Shown here in pieces: positions 39,700-53,299 of a stretch of 64,000 nucleotides of DNA (position 1 is the stretch's first letter; every line of letters begins with the position of its first letter). Under the pieces are notes generated by a model. The model was not told the origin of the DNA and searched no databases. It worked only from the letters and a program-made list of their open reading frames with translations. This DNA is from the human T2T-CHM13v2.0 reference genome, Homo sapiens, in the NCBI RefSeq assembly GCF_009914755.1, contig NC_060947.1. One strand, given 5' to 3'. The translations under genes were made by a program, and so were the position numbers.

Positions 39700-41150
39700 G
39701 GATCTTAGCCAATTTTCTCTAGAAACAAACCTTAGGCAAAGTGCTGGCTGGTGCTTTGCTGGAAGCAGCAATCCCAAAGCCATGGAGAGAGGACCTAAAA
39801 GGCACAGAGGCAGCGAAAGATGGGAAGGAAACGGAATGATGTGCACTGCCCGTGTTTTAGTCTGAACCACAAGAGATGGAGCTGGAGGTTGAAGGCATAG
39901 GATGTCTCATTGTCAACAATATGGTGCATCCATGCTTTCTGTGCTTTGGAGCAGGATGAGAGAGGACTTCATCTACTCATTCACTCTTGTCTCCTCTCTC
40001 CTCTTAGCCTCTGTTGTCCCATAGAGAGTTGACATTCCTGGACATCTATGTGGCTTCACCCGGGCCCCTTCAGCACCTACTGAGGCCTGAAACTTCAACC
40101 AAGTTTGGAAGTGATGGGAGATGCTGGAGACTTGGGCGTGTGTCTTGTTAGCTTGAGATGGTGGAGGCATGCATGTCTACCAAACATGTGGGACATTAGG
40201 AAGGTAAGAAGGTGTATGAGAGTCCATACAATGACCTATGCCGCAAGTAAATTGATTTTTGTCCTGCAATTGTGCCTTGCAGCTTATTTGCTGTAGGTCA
40301 GAAATTAAGGGTCTTTTGGCATGGCTTCAAAGTGTCATGTGGTCCAGCTCTGTTTTAGGTATTTTCTGTATCAATACATGGCTATTTGATGTGAAAAAGT
40401 GGTTAACACTTGAGGTTATGTGCAGGTGAAGCAAGCCCAATACATGAAGTACTGCGAAGAGCCAGCGGCTTTTCTTTTTAGTACTGTATAAAGAAAATAT
40501 ACACAAAATTAAAGAAATCCTTTAGAAAACAAGGTAAAATCATCATCACATACAATCCTACCATAAGGTAAACGTTTAATTTTAGCACATTATGTTTTAC
40601 TCATTCAGATATTGTAGGGAAATAAAATTCATACACCTAAAGTATTAAACATAATTTTTTAAATGTTCTAAAAGAGTTCTCAACTTGCTTGCAAATCTTC
40701 CTAATAAAGGGAATTATAGGGGCATAAACCTTCCAGACAAGGCTTTTGTGCTGATGAAAACAGTTTTTCAGGTTAATTCACTCTTCCCTGGTAAACACTC
40801 AGTCTGTCAAAATATATCACCCTTTTCTCTCTTTGACTAAATAGGATGATATCTAAGATTAAAGGGAAGCTTAAAATTATCTGACATTATGAATATTTTA
40901 TTAAATAATACTCAATGTCAGTTGTCTTGATCCCATTTTTAACCATAATCAATAATTCTTTCATAAACATCTTCATTTACTAGTTATTTGTTAAGGCATT
41001 AAATTGATTCCTTCTCTTGAATCAACTTTCTTGTGGAAATTATCTAAGATATTGGTTTGCTTGTTAAATTATATTTTCCTGGTAAAAGTTACAATTTTTA
41101 TTTTGTTTTACTTTCTGTTTTCTGTGCCCCCCCCCGCCCCCACCATTTTT

Positions 41151-41481
41151 AAATTTTAATTTAATTTAATTTTAAGTTCCAGGGTACATGTGCAGGATGT
41201 GCAGGTTTGTTACATAGGTAAACATGTGCCATGGTGGTTTGCTGTACCTATCAACCCATCACCTAGGTATTAAGCGCTGCAGGCATTAGCTATTTTTCCT
41301 AATGCTCTCTCCCTGCCTCGCCATCCCCAGACAGGCCCCAGTGTGTGTCGTTCCCCTCCCTGTGTCCACATGTTCTCATTGTTCAGCTCCCACTTATAAG
41401 TGAGAACATGCAGTGTTCGGCTTTCTGTTTCTGCCTTAGTTTGCTGAGGATAATGGCTTCCAACTTCATCCATGTCCCTGC
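41151..41481 (-). mobile_element. L1PA7/8-like 3' end
   Basis: TACATGTGCAGGATGTGCAGGTTTGTTACATAGG..CATCCATGTCCCTGC; T-rich tail; TSD CCACCATTTT. Confidence 0.93.
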
Positions 41482-42644
41482 GCCACCATTTTGATTTTTT
41501 TAAAAAATATTTACTCAACTATCTAGAATAATGTCATCTAGCATATTTTTTTTCTGCTGTAAATGGAATTTGATTTAAAAAGTTTCAGTTACCAAGACAC
41601 TAAAAGTGTCTTTGCCTTTGAATTTCTCCTGGATGGCCTCCTAAACAGTAGGCAGGGATTCACACTCCATTTATGTGTGCAAAAAATGAAGCAGGGTTAT
41701 ATCATAGGGCCAATTGTATCCATTTATTTAGCTCAGATTTCCTTACCATTAAGATAGGTATTTGGGACACTTCACAATATACTTCAAGGCCTCCAGGGAA
41801 ATCTAAACAAGAGACCATAAATGCTCCTAAACATGTCTAACATATCTACACTGTCCTGCGGTGATGCTAATGTATATACCCTTTCAAAGTGCACATTCCA
41901 GGCAGCTCAGAGCAGATTATGGGGCTCTTTGCAGAATAAGCACAGCCCCTGGCTATATGCCTGAATAATAACCCTAACTTCCATCACACTTTACAGTTTA
42001 CAAAGTGCTTTTACCATGCATATGGGTGAGCATATGGTTCAGTTTTTCTCTAACAATCCTGCTTTCAAATATATTGCCTACCGTCAGATTTGGCAACAGA
42101 GTGCGTGAGCCTGTTTTGGGGCAAGAGAATGTATCCCATCATCACATCCTCACACAGACAATATGAGGACGTGTCTGAGATGAGGGGTCTCTTCACTGAA
42201 TCCTCAGAGGAACCCTATGAGTAAGCATCTTTGATGAGAATTCTAAGTTCCATGGAAGTAAAATAATTAGTCCAAGTTAAGCTTGCTTATAAATGCCCAT
42301 GCTGGGAGTTTAACTTGGATCTCTGCCCCCCAGTTTGGGCATTTTTACATTATTAATCTATACTAGTGACTATGGCATATAGCTAAAATAATTATTAGCC
42401 CAATTAGAAATGTTGTAATTAAATTTTATCTTCAAACCAGAACACCTCTGATGATAGGCTAAGTGGAAAGATGGATTCTGAAAACAGAATGTTCTTTGAA
42501 GTCATGATAGTGAGGGATACTATCTAGTATTAGGTTGTCAATCAGGATCAATCTTAATTCCCAATATCCTATTAGGATTGAGTCTGGACCTGCTGTCAGT
42601 TTTGCTTCCAGACCCCTGGATAATTGAACAGAACTTTTAAAAAA

Positions 42645-42941
42645 TATTATTATTATGTTTTTTAGAGACAGGGTCTTACTCTGTCACCCAGGCTGGAGTG
42701 CAGTGTCATGATCACTGCAGCCCCGATCTCCTAGGTTTAAGCATTCCTCCTGCCTCAACCTCCTGAGTAGTTGGAACCACAGGTGGGTGCTACCATGCCC
42801 AGTTAATTTTTTAAAAGATTTTGTAGAGACAGAGGCTCGCTATGTTGCCCAAGCTGGTCTTGAACTCCTGACCTCAAGCAGTCCTCCTGCCTCAGCCTCC
42901 CAGAGTGTTGAGATTACAGGCGTGAGCCACTGCACCTGGCC
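42645..42941 (-). mobile_element. AluJ
   Basis: Reverse-strand dimer; TSD-like AACAGAACTTT / AACAGACCTTT. Confidence 0.92.
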
Positions 42942-44509
42942 TCAACAGACCTTTCACTTTAATCTAAAGAGATGTAAGAGTGAGCTGAAAACACCCCCTT
43001 GGATGCACCGTGTGATGCTTCACCCTGGTGCATGGATACCAGATGGTGCTAACAGTTCTGAAGTGTAGAATTGAAGTGTTGAGGTCAAGTGTAGTAATCA
43101 TCTGAGCAAGACAGTGCTTTGAGACTATTTTCCAGTATAAAGAAACGGTAATTTTTCAGTATGCAATATTATGATAATGCTGTGATACTACTGGAATCAT
43201 CTTAGCAGCATAATATGCCATAATCAGATATCCAGCTAAGGATGATGCAAAGTCTAGAAGTAATGTTCTAAAAGGGGCCAAACATTCTTCAAAATGCCTG
43301 TAATCCTGAGCCACGAGGCTATACTCCTCCATGTGCTGCCAAGTAGGGAAATAATCTCTTGCCTGGTGTTCTTGAGATCTGCAAGTTCTCCCATACACAG
43401 GGATAGCCAAGATGGGTTAGCATCTCCATTATTTAATCTGCAAAGTATTTCCAATTAAATGCAGTACTCTTATTTGATAGTCAAGGCACTGCCAATACTG
43501 TTTTAAAAGGGTAATCATCACAAACTTGGCTTACCTCGTAATTCACTTCACGGACCACCCAAATCAAATATTAGACACAGGAAATAACACTTCCAGGTCT
43601 CTCCCTTAATTTAATTCTGAACACCAAGTGACCTCCCATTTTGCACAAATTGCAGTTATTGGAGATTAAATAACTGCACTAAAGAATCAATATCCTGGTG
43701 TTGTAATAGTATGTATCTATCTAGTGAGATGATAAGGAGTTAGGTGTCCATGTCTGAAGGCAGGAATGTTAAGAAAATGGTATTTAAAGGACTTTCCTAG
43801 ACCCTCGGTCTATGATTAAGATAGAGGAGGAAATAGGAGGTCATAGGAAGCAGGAACTGGGGAGTCTGCCAGGCCTGGTGTGGAATTTCTTTCTCAATTT
43901 TGCTCTGGGCTAGGGAGTGCTTACAAGTGGGATGGCTGATTTGTGAGTATTTTGCACCTTCCAAATTATTGGTCATGACAAATTAATGTTGTCCCAGTGA
44001 TTGACACACCCACCAGAGAGTGTGGGAGTCCCATATCCTTGAGCCTATGTATCTCATTGGCATTATAATGATAGTCGGACATCGCAGGGCTGTTGCTGAC
44101 AGATGGAAAGAGAAAAATGTACAGTATATGAAACCACTTTGCAAAATGCCTAATTGATAGTTGCCGTTCAACAGTGTTGGTTTCCTTCCTTGTTCTTTTA
44201 CGTGCTTTCACAGCATGCTGCACACTCCTTTGCTAAACCACTTATTTAATCTATTGATATTTCATTATTTACAAACAAAATTATGAGTTTCTGGATACCA
44301 AAGGCTCTTTTATTATTCGTTAGACACCTAGAACTTAGTACATAGCATTTAATGTCTGTCCTTTGAAATAAAATTAAAAATTAATGGTCCAAGTTTATAT
44401 GAGTACTTTTCAATATCTTAGAACATTAACCCCATAAAATTTATCTGGTGATAATACTCCTTCATAAGAGAAAAAAATAAATACATTAATTTTTAAAAAT
44501 AACTTTATC

Positions 44510-44820
<311 letters not shown>

Positions 44821-46871
44821 ACGTTGTTATGAACTAGTCCATCTAAGGTACATGAGGTACAACCAGTAGCAAACATACTCATCTACACATCCCAGCTTCA
44901 GCAATAAAATATTTAAATATTATTGAAATAAAAGGATGCTCTCTTAAATAAACAAATAAATATAATTGAAGACAGTGGTGTCCATTTCCAAATTTCTCCT
45001 TCTTCCTCCCACTATCTTTATCATTGTGCATATTGCTGTCTTGCTTTTCCTTATAGTTTTGATGTATATGTGTGTAATCTAAACAATATGTTTAGTTATG
45101 CATAGACTCTGTAGTTTAGATTAATAGTGTTGTATCACATTGATCTCTAACTTTTTTCATTCAATACCTTTGTGTAATCCATCCATATCAATATTAACCA
45201 TAGTGGTTCCTTAATTTGCACTGATTGTATATATATGTATATATTTATGTAATTCCTTATATATAATTATGTATATTATCAGTGAAAATGAAACTACTTT
45301 GTGAAACTATATATGCACTCACACATATACACACACACATATATATACACACACAGTGATATATATTTACATGGATATACTATCTTATGAATAAGCACCA
45401 TCATTTATATATACTCTTTTTTAAGTGGTTATTTGGGTAGCTTTCAGCTTTTTTACTTTTTTTCAATGGTGTGCTACTATAAAGAATGGGTCTGTAAAAT
45501 TCTTGTGCATGTCCGCTCTATGCATATACTTAAGAGTTTCTCTAAGAGGTTTTAAACGGGTGCTTAGGAAGGGAATTACTGGATCACAGAACATAAGCAA
45601 CATAAGGTTCCAGATTATACTACATTTGTTTCCAAGGTGGTTGTACCAACTTACGCTCCCACCAGAAGCATTTGAGAGTTTTCATTCCTCTGCATCTTGC
45701 ATAGCACTAGCTATTGTTACATTCTAATATTTTCTAATCTGGTAGATGTGAAGTGATAAACTTTTTACCTTGTGTTTTTCATTAGCATTTCTCTGATGAC
45801 TAGTAATGTTGAACATCTTTTTACAGGTCCATTTCTGGCCACTTCTGCATTCTCCCTCCTGGCAAGAATGTTTTCATTTTTACCCATGTTCTTGAAGGGC
45901 CCCTTCTGTCCCTTAGCTCTGCAGTCTCTGCCATTTGTTAAGTCTATGTGTGGGTCAGTCCTTGAGGACTCCGTTAGGTTCATTAGGACATTTGTCTACT
46001 CTTCTGCCAATCACACCCAGCCTTAACTACTGTAGCTTGAGCTAGTCCATAACCACACTGGTCCAGGAGTATTTTGGTTAATCTTGGGTCTTTATATTTC
46101 CATATCCATTTTAAAATATCCCATCCAGTTCTATGAAAAACTCCATTTTCCTCCCTCATTAATCCTTCCTGTACTTCAGATATTTCTTTTAAGATTATTT
46201 TCTTTTTCTCCTAAATATTTCCTTTAGATTTGAGGGGGCTTCTTTTTATGATAAATTTTCACCGTTTTGTGATCTAAAAAATGTACTTATTTCTACCTTG
46301 TCCTTGAAAGAATGTTCATCTGTGAGTATAATTATGGGATGTAGTTCTTTTCTCTTGGCAACATGAAGGTTTTTTCCTACCCTCCTCTGGCTTTTGGGAA
46401 GTCAGTTCCCAGTCTCCATGTGACACCCCGGTGGGTAATCAATGTGTGGGTGTGTGTATATGTGTATATATGTGTGAGTGTGTATATATGTGTATATGTG
46501 CCTGTCTGCTTTTAAGATCTCTTCTTTGACATTGGTATTATTACTATTCAGCATTTTCGTTATTAAGTATGGATGGATTTATTTTCGTTTATCCTACTTA
46601 AGATTTGCTGTAGTCGCTGAATGTGATGTATCATGCGTTCCACAAATTGCGGAAAATGCCTCTGCCAAGGTTGACCACCTCTCTTTCCGTCATTTCATCC
46701 AAAAACTCCAATTAGATAGGTATTAGACCTGTTCACTCAATCTTCCACATCTCTTAACCTGATTTCATTTCCTTGCATTTCTTCTCATAATATCTTCAGA
46801 TCTGTATTCCAGTTCGCTAATTTTCCTTTTCCTTCTGTCTCCTCCGCTCATTAAATGCAGCCATTAAGAGA

Positions 46872-47060
46872 TGCTATTATGTAGTGGTTGAGAGGTCGGG
46901 TTATGGAGACAGACTGCTCGTCTTTGTATTCTAGTTCTAAGACATATTAGCCATGTGGCTTTAGGGCAATTAATACCTACCTCATAAAACTGTTAAGAAT
47001 TAAATGAAGTAATGTGTGAAAATTCTTGTAACTGTGTCTGGCATAGTAGTTAGCTATAAA
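46872..47060 (+). mobile_element. MIR
   Basis: TGTAGTGGTTGAGAG..GGAGACAGACTG..ATACCTACCTCATA..GAATTAAATGA. Confidence 0.75.
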
Positions 47061-47304
47061 TTATTTTAACTTTAGTTTTCAGTTTCAAATATATATAAAG
47101 TTCTAAATGTTCCTTCAACCCCTTTAACCTTTTTCTTTTTGATAATTTTTTCATGATTTTAATTATTTCCTTTTTGTGTGATTTCTGACTGGGATCTCAT
47201 ATTTGTGGGAACTTTACATAGGGTAAATCCTTGTGGCCTGAGTTATCAATTCACTCCTTCACAGAAGATTTATGTTTAAATTTGTCAAAGCCCTGAAGAT
47301 ACTA

Positions 47305-48475
47305 AAAATGTAAAACTTGAAACTATAAAAACCCTGGAAAACAACCTAGGCAATACCATCCTGGCCATAGGCACCGGCAAAGATTTCATGGCAAAGACAC
47401 CATAATCACAACAAAAGCAATAATTGACAAACAGGATCTAATTAAACTTAAGAGCTTCTGCACAGCAAAACAAAAACAAAAACTTATCAACAGAGTAAAT
47501 AGCCTACAGACTGAGAGAAAAATTTTGCAAACTATACATCTGACAAGGTCTAATATCCAGCATCTATAAGGAACTTAAACAAATTTACAAAAGAAAAACA
47601 ATCCCGTTAAAAATCGGCAAAAGACATGAACAGACACTTCAAAAGAAGACATACATGCGGCCAATAAGCATATGAAAAAACAGCTCAATCATCACTGCTC
47701 ATTAGAGAAATGCAAATGAAAACCACAATGAGATACCATCTCACACCAGTCAGAATGGCTATTATTAAAACGTCAAAAAATAACAGATGCTGGCGAGGTT
47801 GCAGAGGAGAGGAAATGCTTGTACACTGTTGGTGGGAGTATAAATTTGTTCACCCATTGTGGAAAGCAGTATGTCAATTCCTCAAAGAGCTAAAAACAGA
47901 ATGATCATTTGACCCAGCAATCTGGTATATACCCAGAGGAATATAAATTATGCTACCATAAAGACACATGCGCATGAATGTTCACTGCAGCACTATTCAC
48001 AATAACAAAGACATGGAATCAACCTGAATGCCCATCAAAGATAGATAGGATAAAGAAAATGTGGTACATGTACACCACAGAATACTATGCAGCCATAAAA
48101 ACAGGACATCATGTCTTTTGCAGGAACATGGATGGAGCTGGAGGCTATTATCCTTAGAGAACTAATACAGAAATAGAGAACCAAATACCACATGTGCTAA
48201 CTTATAAGTGGGAGCCAAGTGATGAGAACTCATGAACAGAAAGAAGAGAACAATAGACACTGGGGGTCTACTTGCTGGTGGAGGGTGGGAGGAGGAAGAG
48301 GAGGAGAAAAAATAACTATTGGGTACTGGGCTTAATACCTGGGTGATGAAATAATCATCTGTACAACAAATGCCTGTGGCATGAATTTACCTATATAGCA
48401 AACTTTCACATGTACCCCTGAACCTGAAATATAAGTTAAAAAAGAAATAAATAAAAAGTTAAAAGTTAACAAATA
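47305..48475 (+). mobile_element. 5'-truncated L1PA13-like element
   Basis: ORF2 C-terminus [28 protein letters not shown]; 3'UTR AAAAATAACTATTGGGTACTGGGCTTAATACCTGGG; A-rich tail. Confidence 0.93.
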
Positions 48476-48690
48476 AAACCACATTAAATCAAATATTTCA
48501 GGTCTTGGGGTTTTTTTAATTGAATTCAGGCTAGAAACCTATCTGAACATTTAGGACTTCACCTTCCCTGATGCGTAAGAGCCAATCTCAAAAAGGAAAC
48601 ACTTCGCTGTTCTGTGTTTCAGATTTGTTGTTGTTATTTTGGTTTGTAGTTCACTTTCTCATTGAGATGGTAGCACTTCAAGAATTTTGG

Positions 48691-48840
48691 GGCTGGGTGT
48701 AGTAGCTCACACCTGTAGTCCTAACACTTTGAGAGGCCAAGGTGGGAGAATCATTTGAGGCCAGAAGTTCCAGACCTGCCTGGGCAACAAAGTGAGACAA
48801 CCACCCCATCTCTACAAAATAATTTTAAAAATTAGAAAAG
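48691..48840 (+). mobile_element. FLAM_C/Alu left monomer
   Basis: GGCTGGGTGTAGTAGCTCACACCTGTAGTCC..CTCTACAAAA; TSD-like AAGAATTTTGG / AAGAGTTTGG. Confidence 0.88.
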
Positions 48841-49463
48841 AAGAGTTTGGACTTTATCCTTATCTTGTAAGAGCCTATAACACGCTTTTGATTTTGTGTG
48901 CAGGCAGGCATTAAAATTGAAGCTCCTATTTCCTGGGATGTGTAGATGACCCAAGGGCAGTTATGGGCCTTAGCACTGGTTTACTTCTCTTGATTCATTA
49001 TTTCATTTTACTTCTCAGAATTTGTATTACTGTTTTTGCAAACTCAAGTATGCATTCAAAGAGATGTTTTAAAATGATTTATCTGGCATTTCTGTATGCT
49101 TTATAATAAGGGAGCATTTAAAAATTTCTAGTCTGCTGCTTTGCTAAAAGCAAAATATCATAATGAGTAGATACCCATTCAAATATTTGTTGAGTTTTTA
49201 TTGCATGTTCTCTTCCTCCTCCAGCAATTTTCTTTCCTGGGACATTTTTTTTCCTAGTTGTTTTTCCTCATTTTCCTCATTGTGGCCACTGATCCCTTTA
49301 GCTGGTTTGCTACTTTTTCTCTATAGACTCATTGGCCCCTCCTAGAGTATCCTTCATGGTGGATTCAGGTAATGGCAGGATAATCAGAATTATTGTAGGC
49401 AACTTTCATTAACTGTATCACTTCTCCACATGTGGCAGTCTGCTGCCTATGAACTGGATTAGA

Positions 49464-49822
49464 ACATGCTTTTCATTATGTAATGCACATGCATATCACC
49501 TAGAGATCTCCTTAAAATGCAGATTCTGCATTTATACTTTGTAGTTAATTATTCCAATATCTAAAGTATCTGACTTTGCTGTTTTCTCTTTCTTCCCACT
49601 CTCTCTTGTTCTCCTTGCTTTGTTCTGTGCTCTGTGATTTCTGACTGTGACCTCCGGTTCATGGGAACTTTATGCAGGCTAAATCTTTGTGGCCAGAGTT
49701 ACGGCTTACTCCTCCCCAGAAGATCTGTGTTTACATTCAGTGGGTTTGGAGTGGACCCTGAGATTCTAACAAGCCCCCAGTTGATGCTGATGGACTAGGA
49801 ATCACACTTTGCATTGCAAGGG
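49464..49822 (-). mobile_element. MER5-family MITE split by a ~205-bp L1M-derived insert
   Basis: ATCACCTAGAGATCTCCTTAAAATGCAGATTCTG, then the insert, then ATTCAGTGGGTTTGGAGTGG..TAACAAGCCCCCAG..CACACTTTG. Confidence 0.75.
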
Positions 49823-50155
49823 GTGTTAAAACATAAGTATCAATCCCAGGAAAAGGATCTTCAGTGAACGGTGGCATTCCTAGCTAAGGAAATGGGTGTC
49901 AGAACCTATCTCCACCTCCAACTAGAATAAGTAGCATGATGTGGTGAAAAGTATAAAGATTTGGAAGTCAGACAAACATGGACTGAGTATGTATTACAAC
50001 TATTTATAAACATACATGCTGCTTCTACTCCCTGGCAAAGGAGTGAACTCCACTTTTTATCCTTTCCAAGTTATGCATAGCCACGTGACTTGTTTTGGCC
50101 ACATAGTGTTGAGCTGATGTTTCTCTTTCTTCAGATGGAATCATTTTCTTGCCAG

Positions 50156-50524
50156 ACAGTACTTATGACTTAAAGTGGTCACCAGAACTGCAGCATCAAC
50201 ATCACCTGGGAGTGTTAGAAATTCAGATCTCAGGCCAGGCACGGTGGTTCATGCCTGTAATCCCAGCACTTTGGGAGGCTGAGGCGGGCAGATCACCTGA
50301 GGTCAGGAGATCGAGACCAGCCTAGCCAACATGGTGAAACACTGTCTCTACTAAAAATGCAAAAATTAGCTGGGCGTGGTGGCAGGTGCCTGTAATCCCA
50401 GTTACTTGGGAGGCTGAAGAGAGAGAATCATTTGAATCCAGGAGGCGGAGGTTGCTGCAGTGAGCCGAGATCGCACCACTGCACTCCAGCCTGGGCAACA
50501 GAGTGAGACTCTATCAAAAAAAAG

Positions 50525-50557
<33 letters not shown>

Positions 50558-50690
50558 GGAGGGAGGGAGGGAGGGAGGAAGGAAGGAAGGAAATTCAGAC
50601 CTCAGACTCCAAACTCTTGTATCAGAAGCTTCATTTGAACCAGATCACAGGTGACTTACATGCATGATAAGTTTAGGAAGGTCTGCTCTA
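50156..50690 (+). mobile_element. MER5A split by AluS
   Basis: GCAGCATCAACATCACCTGGGAG..AGAAATTCAGA, resuming after the Alu with CAGGTGACTTACATGCA..AAGTTT. Confidence 0.75.
50233..50589 (+). mobile_element. AluSx with a compound purine microsatellite tail
   Basis: GATCACCTGAGGTCAGGAG; tail (AAAG)(AG)(GGGA)(GGAA); TSD GAAATTCAGA(T/C)CTCA. Confidence 0.95.
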
Positions 50691-51045
50691 GTTCACTCTT
50701 CAGTTACCATGGGGAACTTTTATAAAATAGGGATATATATTTAGGGAGTGCAAACGCAGTTTTGTTACATGGATATATTGCATAGTGGTGAAATAGTGAA
50801 CATTGTATCCAATAGGTAATTTCTCATCCCTCACCCGCCCTCCCAACCTTCTGAGTCCTCACTGTCTGTCATTTCACAATCTATATCCATGTGTTCACAT
50901 TGTTTAGTTCCCACTTGTAAGTGAGAACACGCAATATTTGACTTTCTGTTCCTGAGTTAGTTCACTTAAGATAATGGCCTCCAGCTCTATCAGTGTTGCT
51001 GCCACAGATATTATTTCATTCTTTCTTATGGCTGAATAGTATTCC

Positions 51046-51048
<3 letters not shown>

Positions 51049-51096
<48 letters not shown>
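51049..51096. repeat. (TG)~24 microsatellite
   Basis: Directly visible; pure repeat, likely polymorphic. Confidence 0.97.
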
Positions 51097-51098
<2 letters not shown>

Positions 51099-51249
51099 CA
51101 CATTGTCTTTATCATACCATTCACTGGTGGACACTTAGGTTGATTCCATATCTTTGCTATTGTGATAGCAAAGATAAATATATGAATATAGGTATCTTTT
51201 ATGTATAATAATTTGTTTTCCTTTGGGTGGTTACCCAGAAGTGGGATTA

Positions 51250-51441
<192 letters not shown>

Positions 51442-51840
51442 CTAATTTACATTCCCACCAACAGTGTATAAAAGATTGCCTTTCCTTGCATACTCAGCAA
51501 TATCGTCGTTTCTTGACTTTTTATCAGTAGCCAATCTGACTGGTGTAAGATGTTATCTCACTGTGGTTTTATTTTGCATTTCTCTGATGATTAGTAATAT
51601 TGAGCATTTTTTCATGTTTGTTGGCTGCTTGTATGCCTTCTTTTGAGACATGTCTGTTCATGTTCTTTGACAATACAATGTTGGTGGGAATGTAAATATT
51701 GAGTTGTTGTAAAGATGAGTACATTTCCACAAGCTACATAGACATATAATAGGTAGACATATAAGATTCAACAGATGGCAATTATTGTTGGATAAATGGT
51801 CAGCACCCCGTGGGTTAGTGATAAAAGAAAAACTCACAAC

Positions 51841-52054
51841 CATGTGTCAGCAAACCACAACCCATGTGCCAAATCTGGCCCACTACTTGTTTATGTAAAT
51901 AAAGGAAACAGCCACATTCATTTATCTGTGTACCACTCACACCTGCTTTTTCACTACAACAGCAGGGTTGGATAGTTGCTGCAGAAGTCATATGGCCCAC
52001 TCAGCCAAAAATATTTACTTTCTGTGTCTTTTCAGAAATGTTAGATGATCTCTG
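51841..52054 (-). mobile_element. MER58A
   Basis: GTCAGCAAAC..GCCAAATCTGGCCC..TGTAAATAAAG..AAAATATTTACT. Confidence 0.85.
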
Positions 52055-52895
52055 TTCTATAGCCGTGTCCTAGACTAACATGAAAAGACAAAGGGGATAT
52101 CTGTGATTTAGTTGCCACATGAATGTATGGACACCCTTACGATTGAAGGGAGGTGAAACGTGGTGTTTGTCAAAGGAAAGATCAGATGCAGAACTAAGAG
52201 GCTAGGACACCAGTTTCACAATGCCCAGGTCTCATGTTGGGTCAAACTTGATATGGTGCTTATACAAAATGAGGATCGGTACACAGTATACTTATATAGT
52301 TGCCCAGAAATGTGATACATGGATTTATAATAGGAGAGAAAAAATCCTTCTTTAGTTATGTGCTCCTTCCCGTAGAAGTAAAAATCAAGAAATTGCCATC
52401 AACCTTATCCTTCCAGATGGCAGGCTTCTTTATAACTGTTCTCTTAACAAACATGATTCCATTGTTTTCATACTGTAAAAGACACGGGCTCTTTAAAAGA
52501 GGCACCAGCAGGCTGTAACAGTAAAAAGAACGAAAAAGATATCTTGAAAGAACTGCAAGTAAAATATGGCACAATTTAAATGGTGTAGAAGCAAAGAGCA
52601 ATAATCAGAAACGAGAAAATTCATGGTAAGGGACCTGCCTTCGGGCTCATCTCTCCCACAGGCGGCTGGACACCTGCTAGGTCAGCGGAGTCCTCCCTGT
52701 GCTCACAGCTTGTGGCCAAGGAAAGAATGGCAAGAATGCCAAACCTAACGGTGGATAAGATACAGACATATGCAGAAAAAAACTGGCAGAAGGGGCTAAG
52801 TTCTTCCCTGCTTCGTGGACTCAAATCTGTCTACAAGGGGAAGCCCAGTGATTAGCCAATTTGTACGAACAATGCAAGCCAATTTAGATGTAATG

Positions 52896-52941
52896 TTTTC
52901 TTTCTCTCTTTCTTTTCTTCCTTCCTTTTCCCATGCTGTTT

Positions 52942-52997
<56 letters not shown>

Positions 52998-53280
52998 TTC
53001 TTTCTTTCTTTTCTTTCTTTCTTTTCTTTTTTTCTCCCTTCCTTCTTTCCTTCCTTCCTTCTTCCTTTCTTCTTTCTTTCTTTCATCTTTCCTCCTTCCT
53101 TTAATTCTTTCCTTCCTTTTCTTCTTTACTTCTTTCCCTCCCTCCTTCCTTCCTTCCTCCCTTCCTTCGTTCATCCTTCCTTCCTTTATTCCTTACTTCT
53201 TTCATTCTTTTTTCTTTCCTCCTTCCTTTTTTCTTTGTCCTTACCTTCCTTTTTTCGTTCTCTGTTTCCTTCTTTACCAT
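52896..53280. repeat. Polypyrimidine low-complexity tract, (TTTC)n/(TTCC)n
   Basis: ~385 bp almost entirely C/T on the + strand. Confidence 0.97.
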
Positions 53281-53299
53281 CAAACACCCATCTCTCGTT

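Larger units (their letters stand above)
44821..49140 (-). mobile_element. Fragmented old L1M (ME/MC-like) hosting younger insertions
   Basis: Reverse L1 motifs (TTGTACCAACTTACGCTCCCACCAG, GCATTTCTCTGATGACTAGTAATGTTGAACATCTTTT) and L1M 5'-type sequence at 46.2-47.3 and 48.5-49.1 kb. Confidence 0.6.
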
